Assembly (NCBI GenBank): GCA_934371135.1
Contig: CAKRNO010000005.1
Span: 607-64,606, forward strand
Reading direction: 5' to 3'
Origin: an uncultured Eubacteriales bacterium
Lineage (GTDB): Bacteria; Bacillota; Clostridia; Oscillospirales; CAG-272
DNA length: 64,000 bases
Below the pieces are notes generated by a model that saw only the letters and a program-made list of their open reading frames with translations, was not told the DNA's origin and searched no databases. The position numbers and the translations under genes are program-made. Of the stretch, positions 8,658 through 17,061 are shown one piece after another (within the stretch, counting starts at the first letter, position 1; each line of letters begins with the position of its first letter).

Positions 8658-9506
8658 TCAGTTATCGTTATATCCATGTTGTATGGTGTCGAAGCAATGT
8701 TTCCAATACTGTTCGCGTTCCTTTACCCGCTCCGGGTCATAGGATAAGCCGAAGTATTCCAATAGGGTATATGTGAAGTATTTCTCAAAGTATTCGTCAC
8801 CTTTTTCTTTATACAATTCTCTCAGTTTGGCGTTCCCCCCATGCTTAGAATCAAGGTAATTCCCCCAGCGTTGAGCTACGCCGTTACTACCTGTTGCAGA
8901 ACCGATGTATAGTTTGCCTGTGTTCGTGTCTGTGAGGCAATAAACCCCTGTTATTTTCTTCAGTGCCTCATAATACGTTGGCATTATTTCGCCGCGAAAT
9001 ACCTGTCTTAATCTGTGGTACGGAAGACATACTTTGTCGTACCCTTCAAATTTTTCACCTGTATACAAGCACGGTAAAATCTCTTTTACATCACAGTCGT
9101 TTATTCTTTCTCTTAGGTTAAATACATATCTTGCAAATGCTTGTCCTTTGTTGTGCTTGATGATAAGCCGTCCGAACATGCTCTTATATTGCTCAAGAAT
9201 TTGCACCTTTGCTCGACTGTTTTCCGGTACTTCAAGTATTTTCGCTGCAGAAATAAAAAGCCATTCGTCGTGTGTCATTTTTAAAAAACTAAATACCCAT
9301 TGTCCGGGCGTAAAGTTTCTCTTGTTGCCATACCAGCCCCAATAGCAGCAAGCATTGATACCACACTCTTTTTCATCGGGGCTCAGGCGCAACCAGCGGT
9401 CAATGAACGCTTCGCCTCCTTGCCCTGCAATCATACTCAACTCGATGCGACTGTTATTTGTTTCTTCTTCGGTTAAATGTAAAATGTCATTAAGTTTGAT
9501 TGCCAT
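8658..9506 (-). CDS. GIY-YIG nuclease-domain protein with an uncharacterised N-terminal domain
   Basis: C-terminal GVYCLTD...GKLYIGSA...RWGNY...REQYWK (GIY-YIG pattern). About 190 aa of N-terminal region not recognised. AAGGAG RBS. AT-rich codon usage unlike neighbouring genes. Confidence 0.75.
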   Translation of the reverse strand: MAIKLNDILHLTEEETNNSRIELSMIAGQGGEAFIDRWLRLSPDEKECGINACCYWGWYGNKRNFTPGQWVFSFLKMTHDEWLFISAAKILEVPENSRAKVQILEQYKSMFGRLIIKHNKGQAFARYVFNLRERINDCDVKEILPCLYTGEKFEGYDKVCLPYHRLRQVFRGEIMPTYYEALKKITGVYCLTDTNTGKLYIGSATGSNGVAQRWGNYLDSKHGGNAKLRELYKEKGDEYFEKYFTYTLLEYFGLSYDPERVKEREQYWKHCFDTIQHGYNDN

Positions 9507-9600
9507 TAATTACTCCTTAAGTACTTGCACTCTTGTAATGATAATATAAACCTCTTCAGTAAAATTTCGCCTGCTGACTCGGTCAGGGGGGTTCTTGTGA

Positions 9601-9630
9601 AAAAAAGAACACCTTGCGGTGCTCTTTTTT
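9601..9630 (-). terminator. Terminator downstream of tRNA-Ser
   Basis: On the minus strand: AAAAAAGAGCACC-GCAA-GGTGTTCTTTTTT. Confidence 0.6.
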
Positions 9631-9633
9631 GTT

Positions 9634-9722
9634 TGGCGGAGGCAGAGGGATTCGAACCCCCGGGGGCTTGCGCCCAAACGGTTTTCAAGACCGCCTCGTT
9701 GTGACCGCTTCGATATGCCTCC
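9634..9722 (-). tRNA. tRNA-Ser (anticodon UGA), CCA encoded
   Basis: Reverse complement reads GGAGGCATATCGAAGCGGTCACAACGAGGCGGTCTTGAAAACCGTTTGGGCGCAAGCCCCCGGGGGTTCGAATCCCTCTGCCTCCGCCA. Anticodon loop CTTGAAA, long variable arm. Confidence 0.9.
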
Positions 9723-9758
9723 ATAGAAATATGGGGTCCTCCCCATATTTCTATGGAG
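9719..9758. repeat. Perfect 18-bp inverted repeat (4-nt loop) overlapping the tRNA-Ser 5' end
   Basis: CTCCATAGAAATATGGGG-TCCT-CCCCATATTTCTATGGAG. One arm includes tRNA nucleotides 1-4. Confidence 0.8.
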
Positions 9759-9911
9759 AGTATAGAGATGCGCCTTGTTTGCCGCAGGCAAACAAATCCG
9801 CTTCGCTAATTCGGGAATAGCCAAAATCACTCCCGCGCCCACCGAGGGCAGAGAGGGTGGTGGCTTTTACCCGCCTGTTGTGCAGCTTTGTATCTTAACA
9901 TTTGCCGTTCC

Positions 9912-9940
9912 AGTATAGCAAACGCTACCCGCTTTGTCAA
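9912..9940 (-). promoter_or_regulatory. Sigma-70 promoter about 190 nt upstream of tRNA-Ser
   Basis: On the minus strand: TTGACA, 17 nt, TATACT. Lies just downstream of the guaA terminator. Confidence 0.6.
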
Positions 9941-9952
9941 GATTTCCGGGAG

Positions 9953-9990
9953 CACAAAACCGAAAGCCGCGGTACGCCGCGGCTTTCGGT
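9953..9990 (-). terminator. guaA terminator
   Basis: 14-bp stem ACCGAAAGCCGCGG / CCGCGGCTTTCGGT followed on the minus strand by TTTTGTG. Confidence 0.7.
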
Positions 9991-10045
9991 CGATGGATTC
10001 TATGGTATTTGTTCGCTGCCGGCACCGATGGTGCGCAGTGGCATC

Positions 10046-11914
10046 TTATTCCCACTCGACGGTTGCCGGCGGCTTGCCGGTCACGTCATAGAGGATCATA
10101 TCGACGGGGAGACCCGCCGCCTCGATGCGATGCACGATGTTCGCAAGCGCATCCGCGGGGAAATCCACGCCGGGGACGGCGGACTGCGCCGTCATAAAGT
10201 CGTTCGTGACAACGGCACGGACGGCAATCGAGAACCTGTCTCCGATGCCGACGGGGAGCAGCACGGCAAAGCACTGCGCAATGTGACACTTTCCGTCTGC
10301 CATCGGGCGCATGATCTCGCTCGTCACGATGGCGTCTGCCTCGCGGAGCAGATCCGCTTCCTCCCGGCAGATGCGGCTGCGCACGCTGTGCAGCGTGCCG
10401 CCGACCTCGCGGCGGTTGAGCAGGTATGCGACGCGGTTGACGAAGTTCAGCTCGTTCGGGATGGTCTTCGCCGTTTTATACAGCGTATCAAAGTCAGGGG
10501 TCAGGCCCGCACCGGAAAGGATCACGAGCGAGCGGTAGGAGCGATGGTCACCCTGCACGCCGACCGACTGCACAGGCGCGAGCGCCGCCTCAAACGGCAC
10601 ATCCTCCGCCGCCATAAAGTCAGCGAGGAGCCCGGATTTCTCGGCGTCGGCTGTCTTTCCGCCGTCGGTGCAGAGGATACGGACGCCGAGACCGGGGCCC
10701 GGGAACGGCTGGCGCGAGGCGATCTCCTCGTCAAGGCCCAGCATACGGGCGACCTGCCGCACCTCGTCCTTGTGCCAGTCCCAGTTGGTCTCAATGACGT
10801 GCCCCTTGTCGCGGAGGGCACGGATGATGCCGACATCGTTGTGGTGCGTCTTGATCTTCTTGGCGTACCCGCTGACATCGGGGTTGCCGGATTCGATGAG
10901 GTCGGGGCGGAGCGTCCCCTGTCCGAGGAACGCCGTCTCGAAATCGAGGTTCAGCTTCTTCGCCGCCTCCTCGGTCACCACAAAGAACATGTGCCCGATG
11001 ATGGCGCGCTTTTTCTCCGGCTCACAGGTCTCGGAGAGCGGCGCGTACGCCTCGCCGTCGATGACGAGCGGCGTGTGGAAGAACGCGTCCTCCGCATTGA
11101 TGCGCTGCATCTGCGTGAGCCCCAGCTTCGCCAGATTTTCACAGATAAGGTCGGATTCGTTCTTGCGCATCATACCGTGGTCGATATGGATGCCGTACAC
11201 CTGCTCCGGCTTCAGTGCCCGCACGAGCAGAGCGGCGGTCACGGCGGAGTCCACGCCGCCGCTGACCAGCACCACGACCTTACCGTCGCCGACCTTCTCG
11301 CGGATGGCGCGGATAGAAGTTTCGATACGGTCCTCGAGCGCGTAAGTCTCCTTGAGTCCGCAGATGCCGCGCACGAAGTTGTGCAGAATCTCCACACCGT
11401 GCACGGTGGGATCCACCTCGGGGTGGAACTGCACCCCGGCGATGCGGCGCTCCTCGTTCCAGACCCCGGCGCAGACGCCGCCGGTGGATGCGACCGTGCG
11501 GAAGCCCTCGGGGATGACGCTCACGGCGTCACCGTGGCTCATGAGCACCTTTTCGCGGCTCGAAAGCCCGGCGAACAGCGGGCAGGTCGGATCGACGTCG
11601 ATCTCGATCTGACCGTACTCCGTCTTGACCTCCGGCGCGACGGTGCCGCCGAAATGGTCTACGATCATCTGCATCCCGTAGCAGATCCCCAGCGTAGGGA
11701 TACCCATGTCAAAGATCGCGGGGTCATACGTCGGTGCACCGCTCTCCCAGACGCTCGCGGGGCCGCCGGAGAGGATCATGGCGTTATATCCCTTGAGCTT
11801 GTCCGCCGGGACCCCCATCGGCAGGATGTCGGTATAGACACCCGCCTCCCGGATCTTCCGGTCGATCACCTTCGTGTACTGCCCGCCGCAGTCGATAATT
11901 GCGAGTTTCTCCAT
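10046..11914 (-). CDS. guaA: GMP synthase (glutamine-hydrolysing), long form (622 aa)
   Basis: MEKLAIIDCGGQYTKVI..., GICYGMQ (GATase), SGGVDSAV (ATP-PPase), C-terminal KPPATVEWE. Start at the internal ATG of the 877-aa track ORF. Confidence 0.9.
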   Translation of the reverse strand: MEKLAIIDCGGQYTKVIDRKIREAGVYTDILPMGVPADKLKGYNAMILSGGPASVWESGAPTYDPAIFDMGIPTLGICYGMQMIVDHFGGTVAPEVKTEYGQIEIDVDPTCPLFAGLSSREKVLMSHGDAVSVIPEGFRTVASTGGVCAGVWNEERRIAGVQFHPEVDPTVHGVEILHNFVRGICGLKETYALEDRIETSIRAIREKVGDGKVVVLVSGGVDSAVTAALLVRALKPEQVYGIHIDHGMMRKNESDLICENLAKLGLTQMQRINAEDAFFHTPLVIDGEAYAPLSETCEPEKKRAIIGHMFFVVTEEAAKKLNLDFETAFLGQGTLRPDLIESGNPDVSGYAKKIKTHHNDVGIIRALRDKGHVIETNWDWHKDEVRQVARMLGLDEEIASRQPFPGPGLGVRILCTDGGKTADAEKSGLLADFMAAEDVPFEAALAPVQSVGVQGDHRSYRSLVILSGAGLTPDFDTLYKTAKTIPNELNFVNRVAYLLNRREVGGTLHSVRSRICREEADLLREADAIVTSEIMRPMADGKCHIAQCFAVLLPVGIGDRFSIAVRAVVTNDFMTAQSAVPGVDFPADALANIVHRIEAAGLPVDMILYDVTGKPPATVEWE

Positions 11915-11948
11915 CGAGACAAAACTCCTTTTTTCGTAATACTTTTCT

Positions 11949-11977
11949 ATTATACTCTCAAATCGGCGCGCGCGCAA
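11949..11977 (-). promoter_or_regulatory. Candidate guaA promoter
   Basis: On the minus strand: TTGCGC, 17 nt, TATAAT. The 5' UTR is short, so there is no room for a purine riboswitch. Confidence 0.45.
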
Positions 11978-12058
11978 GACGATTTTCGGTTTTCTCCGGG
12001 TGTCCGATCGATTTTCGGCAACATAGACTGAAATGAAAGACACAAAAGGAGAAAAACA

Positions 12059-12613
12059 ATGCTTGTGACCAAGACCTACCTGCGGGAGCGGGCAGTCACC
12101 TATGCGCGCAAATGGGCGCTCAGCCGCAATCCGCTGTTCGTGGACTACACCGGCCGCGGCGGCAACTGCACCAACTTTGTCTCGCAGAGCATCTACGCCG
12201 GCAGCTGCACCATGAATTATACCCCGGTCTACGGCTGGTATTACCTGACCGACTCGGACAGGAGCGCCTCCTGGACGGGAGTGGAGTTTCTCTATAACTT
12301 TCTGACCACCAACACGGGTCCCGGTCCCTTCGGGCGGCAGGTGCCGCTCTCCGAAGCACTGCCGGGGGACGTCATCCAGCTGTACCGCGAGGACGAGGGC
12401 TGGTATCATTCGCTCCTGCTCATCGGCTTTGATGAGAGCGGCGCGCCCCTGGTCGCCGCCCAGTCGAACGATGCCCTCGACCGCCCCCTCTCCTCCTATA
12501 CCTATGACCAGGATCGCTTCATCCACATCTCGGGGGTGCGTCTGACCGTCCCCGACATCGGCGACTGCTACGAGAGCCTGCTCGACGGCATCGCCATCAT
12601 CCCGAACGACTGA
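12059..12613 (+). CDS. Putative amidase-domain protein
   Basis: YARKWA...NPLF...GGNCTNFVSQSIYAG...WY pattern typical of the 'putative amidase domain' family. Confidence 0.7.
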   Translation: MLVTKTYLRERAVTYARKWALSRNPLFVDYTGRGGNCTNFVSQSIYAGSCTMNYTPVYGWYYLTDSDRSASWTGVEFLYNFLTTNTGPGPFGRQVPLSEALPGDVIQLYREDEGWYHSLLLIGFDESGAPLVAAQSNDALDRPLSSYTYDQDRFIHISGVRLTVPDIGDCYESLLDGIAIIPND

Positions 12614-12639
12614 CGGAGAGACGCCCCCAAAACGACAAA

Positions 12640-12664
12640 GCGGAGCCTGTTTTACAGGCTCCGC
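12640..12664 (-). terminator. Terminator of the ABC-F gene
   Basis: GCGGAGCCTG-TTTTA-CAGGCTCCGC, followed on the minus strand by TTTGTCGTTTT. Confidence 0.6.
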
Positions 12665-12675
12665 TCCGTGTATGA

Positions 12676-14583
12676 TCACATGATTTCCTCATAGAGCTTA
12701 AGGAGCTCCTCCTCAATCTCCGCCCGGCGGGCATCGATCTCTGCGGCGCGTACATAATCGCTTGCCGCAGGGCCGTACAGCTCCTCCTCCAGCGCCGTGA
12801 GCTCCCGCTCCAGTACCTCGACGCGCGCCTTGGCGCGCTCCTTTTTCCGGGCGGCGGCGCGTTCTGCCGCGTTCTCCCGCTTCTGTGCCTCGAAGCGCAG
12901 CTTCTCTGCCGACGGGGCGGCAGCCGGTTTTTCCGGCGCCTCCGCGATGCGTTTTTCCCGCAGCGCGAGGTAGGCGTCATAGGCGTCATCATACGCCTCC
13001 AGCGGATAATCCCAAAGTCCCCCCTCGGCGGCGCGGTCCAGCTCGATGATACGCGTCGCAAGACGCGAAATAAAATAGCGGTCGTGCGAGACGGCGAGGA
13101 TGGTCCCCGGGAAAGCGGCGAGTGCCGTTTCGAGCGCCTCGCGGGAGCCGACGTCAAGGTGGTTGGTCGGCTCGTCGAGCAGGAGCAGATTGACCTTCTG
13201 CTTGACGAGGATGGCGAGCGAGAGGCGCGCCTTCTCCCCGCCGGAGAGCACCGAGACCGGCTTGTCCATATCGTCGGCGCCGAACAGGAACAGCGCAAGT
13301 GCGGAGCGCAGCTCCGTCTCCGGCATGGCGGGATGCGCGCGGCGCATCTCCCCGTACACCGTCCCCGCGGGGTCAAGCCCGCGGTTCTCCTGGTCGTAAT
13401 AACCGATCTTGCAGTTGTACCCGAGCTCCGCCACGCCGCGCTGCGGCGCGAGGCGCCCGAGGATGAGCTTCATGAGGGTGGATTTCCCGCACCCGTTGGC
13501 ACCGAGAAAGAGCACGCACTCCCCCCGCCGCACGAGAAAATTCAGGTCGGTGATGAGCGGCGCGGTACCGTAGGAAAACGTCAGGTGCCGCACCTCCAGG
13601 ACCCGACCGGCAGACGCCTCCTCGGTGGCAAAGCTGATGCGGATGTTGCGCTCGGGCGGTGCCGCCTTGGCGACGAGATCCATGCGCGCCAGCTGTTTTT
13701 CCTTGGAGCGGATGGTGACGAAATTGTGTGCCTGCCCGCACCGGCGCTGGAAATCGATGTTGGCGCGGATCTTGCCGATCTCCTTCTGCTGTTCGCGGTA
13801 GCGGTGCTCGCGGGACGCTTCTTCCTCCGCGTCGCGCTCCTTCGCCGCCGAGTAGGCGCCGGGGTACAGCCGCCCGCCCCCGCGGCGGAGCCAGAAGGTC
13901 TTGTTCGTGACGCGGTCGAGGAAGTACCGGTCATGCGAAATGACCAGAAATGTCCCGCGGTAAGCGGCGAGGTACTCCTCCAGCCACGTCAGGGCATCGA
14001 TGTCCAGGTGGTTGGTCGGCTCATCGAGCAGGAGCAGATCCGGCTCGCGCGCGAGCAGCTTCACGAGCGCGAGACGCGTATATTGCCCGCCGGAGAGTGC
14101 CCCCACCGTGCGCTCCGGGTCGGGGAAACCCATCTTGGCAAGGAGCGAACGGGCGCGGGCGCGGTACGTCCTGCCCCCGAGCTCCTCATAGCGCGCGTGC
14201 AGCGTGTTCAGCGCCTCGGAGAGCCGCCCCGCCTCGGATGCCACGGCATGGGTCAGCGCATCCTCCGTCCGTGCGATCTCCGCCTCCATGGCGATCAGCT
14301 CCGGGAATGCGGATAGCACATAGGCAGACAGGGTCATGTCGCCGAGGTAGGAGAGGTCGGTGTTCTGCGCGAGCATCCCGACCGTGGTCGAGCCCGAGAG
14401 GAACACCTGCCCCTCGGTCGGCGTATATTCCCCGGTGATACAGCGGAACAGGGAGGACTTCCCCACCCCGTTGACGCCGATGATGCCGATCCTGTCCCCC
14501 GACGCGACCGAAAAGGTCAGCCCCCGGAAGATTTCATCCGCCCCGAACGAGAGCCCGAGGTCGGATACCGTACAGATGATCAT
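12676..14583 (-). CDS. ABC-F family ATPase (two ABC domains, no transmembrane domain)
   Basis: Two Walker A motifs (GVNGVGKSS, GANGCGKST), two LSGG signatures and a C-terminal coiled-coil/basic tail. Confidence 0.9.
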   Translation of the reverse strand: MIICTVSDLGLSFGADEIFRGLTFSVASGDRIGIIGVNGVGKSSLFRCITGEYTPTEGQVFLSGSTTVGMLAQNTDLSYLGDMTLSAYVLSAFPELIAMEAEIARTEDALTHAVASEAGRLSEALNTLHARYEELGGRTYRARARSLLAKMGFPDPERTVGALSGGQYTRLALVKLLAREPDLLLLDEPTNHLDIDALTWLEEYLAAYRGTFLVISHDRYFLDRVTNKTFWLRRGGGRLYPGAYSAAKERDAEEEASREHRYREQQKEIGKIRANIDFQRRCGQAHNFVTIRSKEKQLARMDLVAKAAPPERNIRISFATEEASAGRVLEVRHLTFSYGTAPLITDLNFLVRRGECVLFLGANGCGKSTLMKLILGRLAPQRGVAELGYNCKIGYYDQENRGLDPAGTVYGEMRRAHPAMPETELRSALALFLFGADDMDKPVSVLSGGEKARLSLAILVKQKVNLLLLDEPTNHLDVGSREALETALAAFPGTILAVSHDRYFISRLATRIIELDRAAEGGLWDYPLEAYDDAYDAYLALREKRIAEAPEKPAAAPSAEKLRFEAQKRENAAERAAARKKERAKARVEVLERELTALEEELYGPAASDYVRAAEIDARRAEIEEELLKLYEEIM

Positions 14584-14589
14584 GAGTCT

Positions 14590-14781
14590 TTATTCCTTAT
14601 AATATAGACCGCAGTGGCAGTAACCGTGGAAGTCCGGGTCCGCCATCTGGCGGCGGAACTCCTCGCAGATGCATTTGTTTTCCGGCAGCCGCCCGACGCG
14701 GCAGGGGCAGTAGCCCCCCTTGGCTTCCAGCCCGGCGCGGATCTCGGCGACCACCTTCGGGTCCGGATTGAGTCGGATCAC
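14590..14781 (-). CDS. Mini ferredoxin:thioredoxin-reductase catalytic-subunit-like protein (63 aa)
   Basis: CPCR...CICEEF...CHCGLY cysteine pattern matches the FTR catalytic-subunit signature. 4-nt overlap with the trxA stop. Confidence 0.7.
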   Translation of the reverse strand: MIRLNPDPKVVAEIRAGLEAKGGYCPCRVGRLPENKCICEEFRRQMADPDFHGYCHCGLYYKE

Positions 14782-15092
14782 AGCAGTGCCTCCGTGACCT
14801 CACGGAGCTCCGCCTCCCCGCTGTAGCCGACGAGCGTCTTCACCACCTCGCCGTCGCGGAACCAGAGCAGTGTCGGGATGGACGAAACGCCGTAGCGGAT
14901 GGCGGTCGCCGTCGCCTCGTCCACATCCAGCCGGCACACCTTGAGCGCCGGATAGCTTTCTGCGAGCGCGTCAATGTGCGGCGAGATCATTTTGCAGGGC
15001 CCGCACCAGCGGGCAAAGAAATCGACGAGCACGAGCCCCTCCGCACGGAGCACCTCGGTCTCGAAATTCGCATCATTCAGAACCGTTTCCAT
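14778..15092 (-). CDS. trxA: Thioredoxin
   Basis: WCGPC active site. Start at METVLNDANF (internal ATG of ORF 14778..15182). Confidence 0.9.
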   Translation of the reverse strand: METVLNDANFETEVLRAEGLVLVDFFARWCGPCKMISPHIDALAESYPALKVCRLDVDEATATAIRYGVSSIPTLLWFRDGEVVKTLVGYSGEAELREVTEALL

Positions 15093-15252
15093 GTTAATTA
15101 CCTCCTCCCCGGAGCACTCACCCCGGGCGACGCCCTCATTGTAGCAAAATGTCCCGGATAAGTCAAGGTTGGGGCTTGCCAAACGCCGATATTCGTGCTA
15201 GAATGGTATTTGGGAAAAATTGTGCCGATTTCGTATCGACGGAGGATAAAGC

Positions 15253-16677
15253 ATGAAAAAGACCAAGATCGTATGCACACTGGGACCAGCAAGCACCAAG
15301 GAAAAAGTCATCGAGGAGATGCTGAAAAACGGCATGAACGTTGCGCGCCTGAACTTCTCACACGGCACGCATGAGGAGCACGCCAAGACCATCGCGCTGT
15401 TCCGCCGCGTCCGCGACCGGCTGAAAATACCGGCAGCGGTCATGCTGGATACCAAAGGGCCGGAGATCCGCCTCGGCAATTTCGGCGGGGACGGAAAGGT
15501 CACGCTGGAGGACGGCGCCCTCTTTACCCTGACGAGCCGCGACGTCGTCGGCGACGAAACGCAGGTGAGCGTCACCTATGCCGACCTCCCGCGGGAGCTG
15601 AATGCCGGCAACCGTGTGCTCATCGACGACGGTAAGGTTGTGCTCACCGTGGAGAGCACCACGGAGACGGATATTGTCTGCCGCGTGACGGTCGGCGGGC
15701 AGATCTCCAACCACAAGGGCATCAACCTGCCCTATATCCACCTGAATATGCCCTTCATGAGCCCGCGTGACGAGGCGGATCTGCGCTTCGGCATCGAGCA
15801 CGACGTCGATTTCGTGGCGGCGTCCTTCGTGCGGTGCAAGGAGGATGTCATCGCCATGCGTCGCTTCCTCGACTACTACGGCGGGCATAACATCCGCATC
15901 ATCGCCAAGATCGAAAACAACGAGGGGGTCGATAACTTCGAGGAGATCCTCGCGCACGCGGACGGCATCATGGTGGCGCGCGGCGACATGGGCGTAGAGA
16001 TTGAGTTTGAGCGCCTCCCCGGGCTCCAGAAGCGCTTTATCCGCGCCTGCTACCGCTCGGGTAAGATGGTCATCACCGCAACGCAGATGCTCGAATCCAT
16101 GATCCATTCGATGACCCCGACCCGTGCGGAGATCAGTGACGTGGCGAACGCCGTCTTCGACGGCACCTCCGCCGTCATGCTCTCGGGAGAAACGGCGATG
16201 GGCGACCACCCCGCGCGTGTCGTCAGCGTCATGTCCAAGATCGTGGAGCAGGCAGAGCGCGACGCCCTGGCGCAGAACGCTTTCGGCTCCCTCAACCATG
16301 TCTATGACCTCAGCGACAGCACCGGCGCCGTCTGCGACGCAGCGTGCATCCTCGCGCGCGACCTCGGCGCGAAAGCGATCATCGCCGTGACCGAGTCCGG
16401 TCTTTCCGCCCGCCGCGTCTCCAAATTTCGCCCCGCGCAGGCGATCGTCGCCAGCACGCCGGATAAAAAGACCTTCCACCAGCTCGCCCTCTCCTGGGGC
16501 GTGACCCCTGTCCTCGCGCTGCACCAGACGAGTACCGATGCCCTCTACCGGCACGCCATCGACTGTGCCAAGAGCGCGGAGGTCGTGGAGGTCGGAGACA
16601 AGGTCGTTATCACCGCGGGCGCCCCGCTCGGGCAGACCGGTACGACCAACGTCCTCAAGGTCGAGACTGTCAGCTGA
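15253..16677 (+). CDS. pyk: Pyruvate kinase
   Basis: MKKTKIVCTLGPAS..., NFSHG, MVARGDMGVEI motifs. Confidence 0.95.
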   Translation: MKKTKIVCTLGPASTKEKVIEEMLKNGMNVARLNFSHGTHEEHAKTIALFRRVRDRLKIPAAVMLDTKGPEIRLGNFGGDGKVTLEDGALFTLTSRDVVGDETQVSVTYADLPRELNAGNRVLIDDGKVVLTVESTTETDIVCRVTVGGQISNHKGINLPYIHLNMPFMSPRDEADLRFGIEHDVDFVAASFVRCKEDVIAMRRFLDYYGGHNIRIIAKIENNEGVDNFEEILAHADGIMVARGDMGVEIEFERLPGLQKRFIRACYRSGKMVITATQMLESMIHSMTPTRAEISDVANAVFDGTSAVMLSGETAMGDHPARVVSVMSKIVEQAERDALAQNAFGSLNHVYDLSDSTGAVCDAACILARDLGAKAIIAVTESGLSARRVSKFRPAQAIVASTPDKKTFHQLALSWGVTPVLALHQTSTDALYRHAIDCAKSAEVVEVGDKVVITAGAPLGQTGTTNVLKVETVS

Positions 16678-16698
16678 CAGTCTTATCATCGCCTGTCT

Positions 16699-16735
16699 GA
16701 TGCGTCACTCCCCTCGGAGTGGCGCATCTTTTTTG
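16699..16735 (+). terminator. pyk terminator
   Basis: GATGCGTCACTCC-CCTC-GGAGTGGCGCATC followed by TTTTTTG. Confidence 0.75.
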
Positions 16736-16816
16736 TATGTGCCCCCGGTTAGTCTGACGCCATCCGCCCGGAGCGGCGCAGCTCGGTAAAATAACGTCGC
16801 TCCGCGGAATGGTACA

Positions 16817-16886
16817 CCTCTCCGAAAGACGCCTCTCCGAAAGACCGCCTCTCCGAAAGACCGCCTCTCCGAAAGACCGCCTCTCC
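16817..16886. repeat. Tandem repeat, about 4.4 copies of CCTCTCCGAAAGACCG (16 nt)
   Basis: Read directly from the sequence. The first unit is 15 nt and the last is partial. Located in the pyk / lipoprotein intergenic region. Confidence 0.9.
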
Positions 16887-17000
16887 GGGATGTCGCCGTC
16901 GCCGCATCCCATGATTCAAGGCGCCCCCGGCAAAACTGCCGGGGGCGCCTTTCCCGTTTTCTTGTCTTTCGTATGAAAAAATGCAGACAAACACGGTCAT

Positions 17001-17032
17001 AGAAAAGCTCCCGCCGCGAATGCGGCGGGAGC
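17001..17032 (-). terminator. Terminator of the 1063-aa lipoprotein gene
   Basis: GCTCCCGCCGC-ATTC-GCGGCGGGAGC followed by TTTTCT on the minus strand. Confidence 0.7.
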
Positions 17033-17061
17033 AGTGTTTCATCGGGATTTTTCGGTGCGGA

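Larger units (their letters stand above)
8573..9631. mobile_element. AT-rich islet at the tRNA-Ser 3' end (putative remnant of an integrated element, no integrase)
   Basis: Abrupt drop in G+C by eye. Bounded by the 10-bp direct repeat. Contains a single ORF. Confidence 0.45.

Noticed and set aside
10046-11914. Unusually long GuaA (622 aa against the roughly 520 aa I expect)
   Set aside because: All catalytic motifs and the canonical C-terminus are present. The extra length looks like an insertion in the dimerisation region, a lineage variant rather than a novel system.
9902-12031. 709-aa plus-strand ORF covering the guaA locus
   Set aside because: It is antisense to a gene with unmistakable GMP synthase motifs. 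The translation is Arg/Gly/Asp/His-rich low-information sequence typical of shadow ORFs in high-GC DNA.
11915-12058. Purine riboswitch upstream of guaA
   Set aside because: The divergent intergenic region is 144 bp with a promoter close to the start. No three-way-junction motif was seen.
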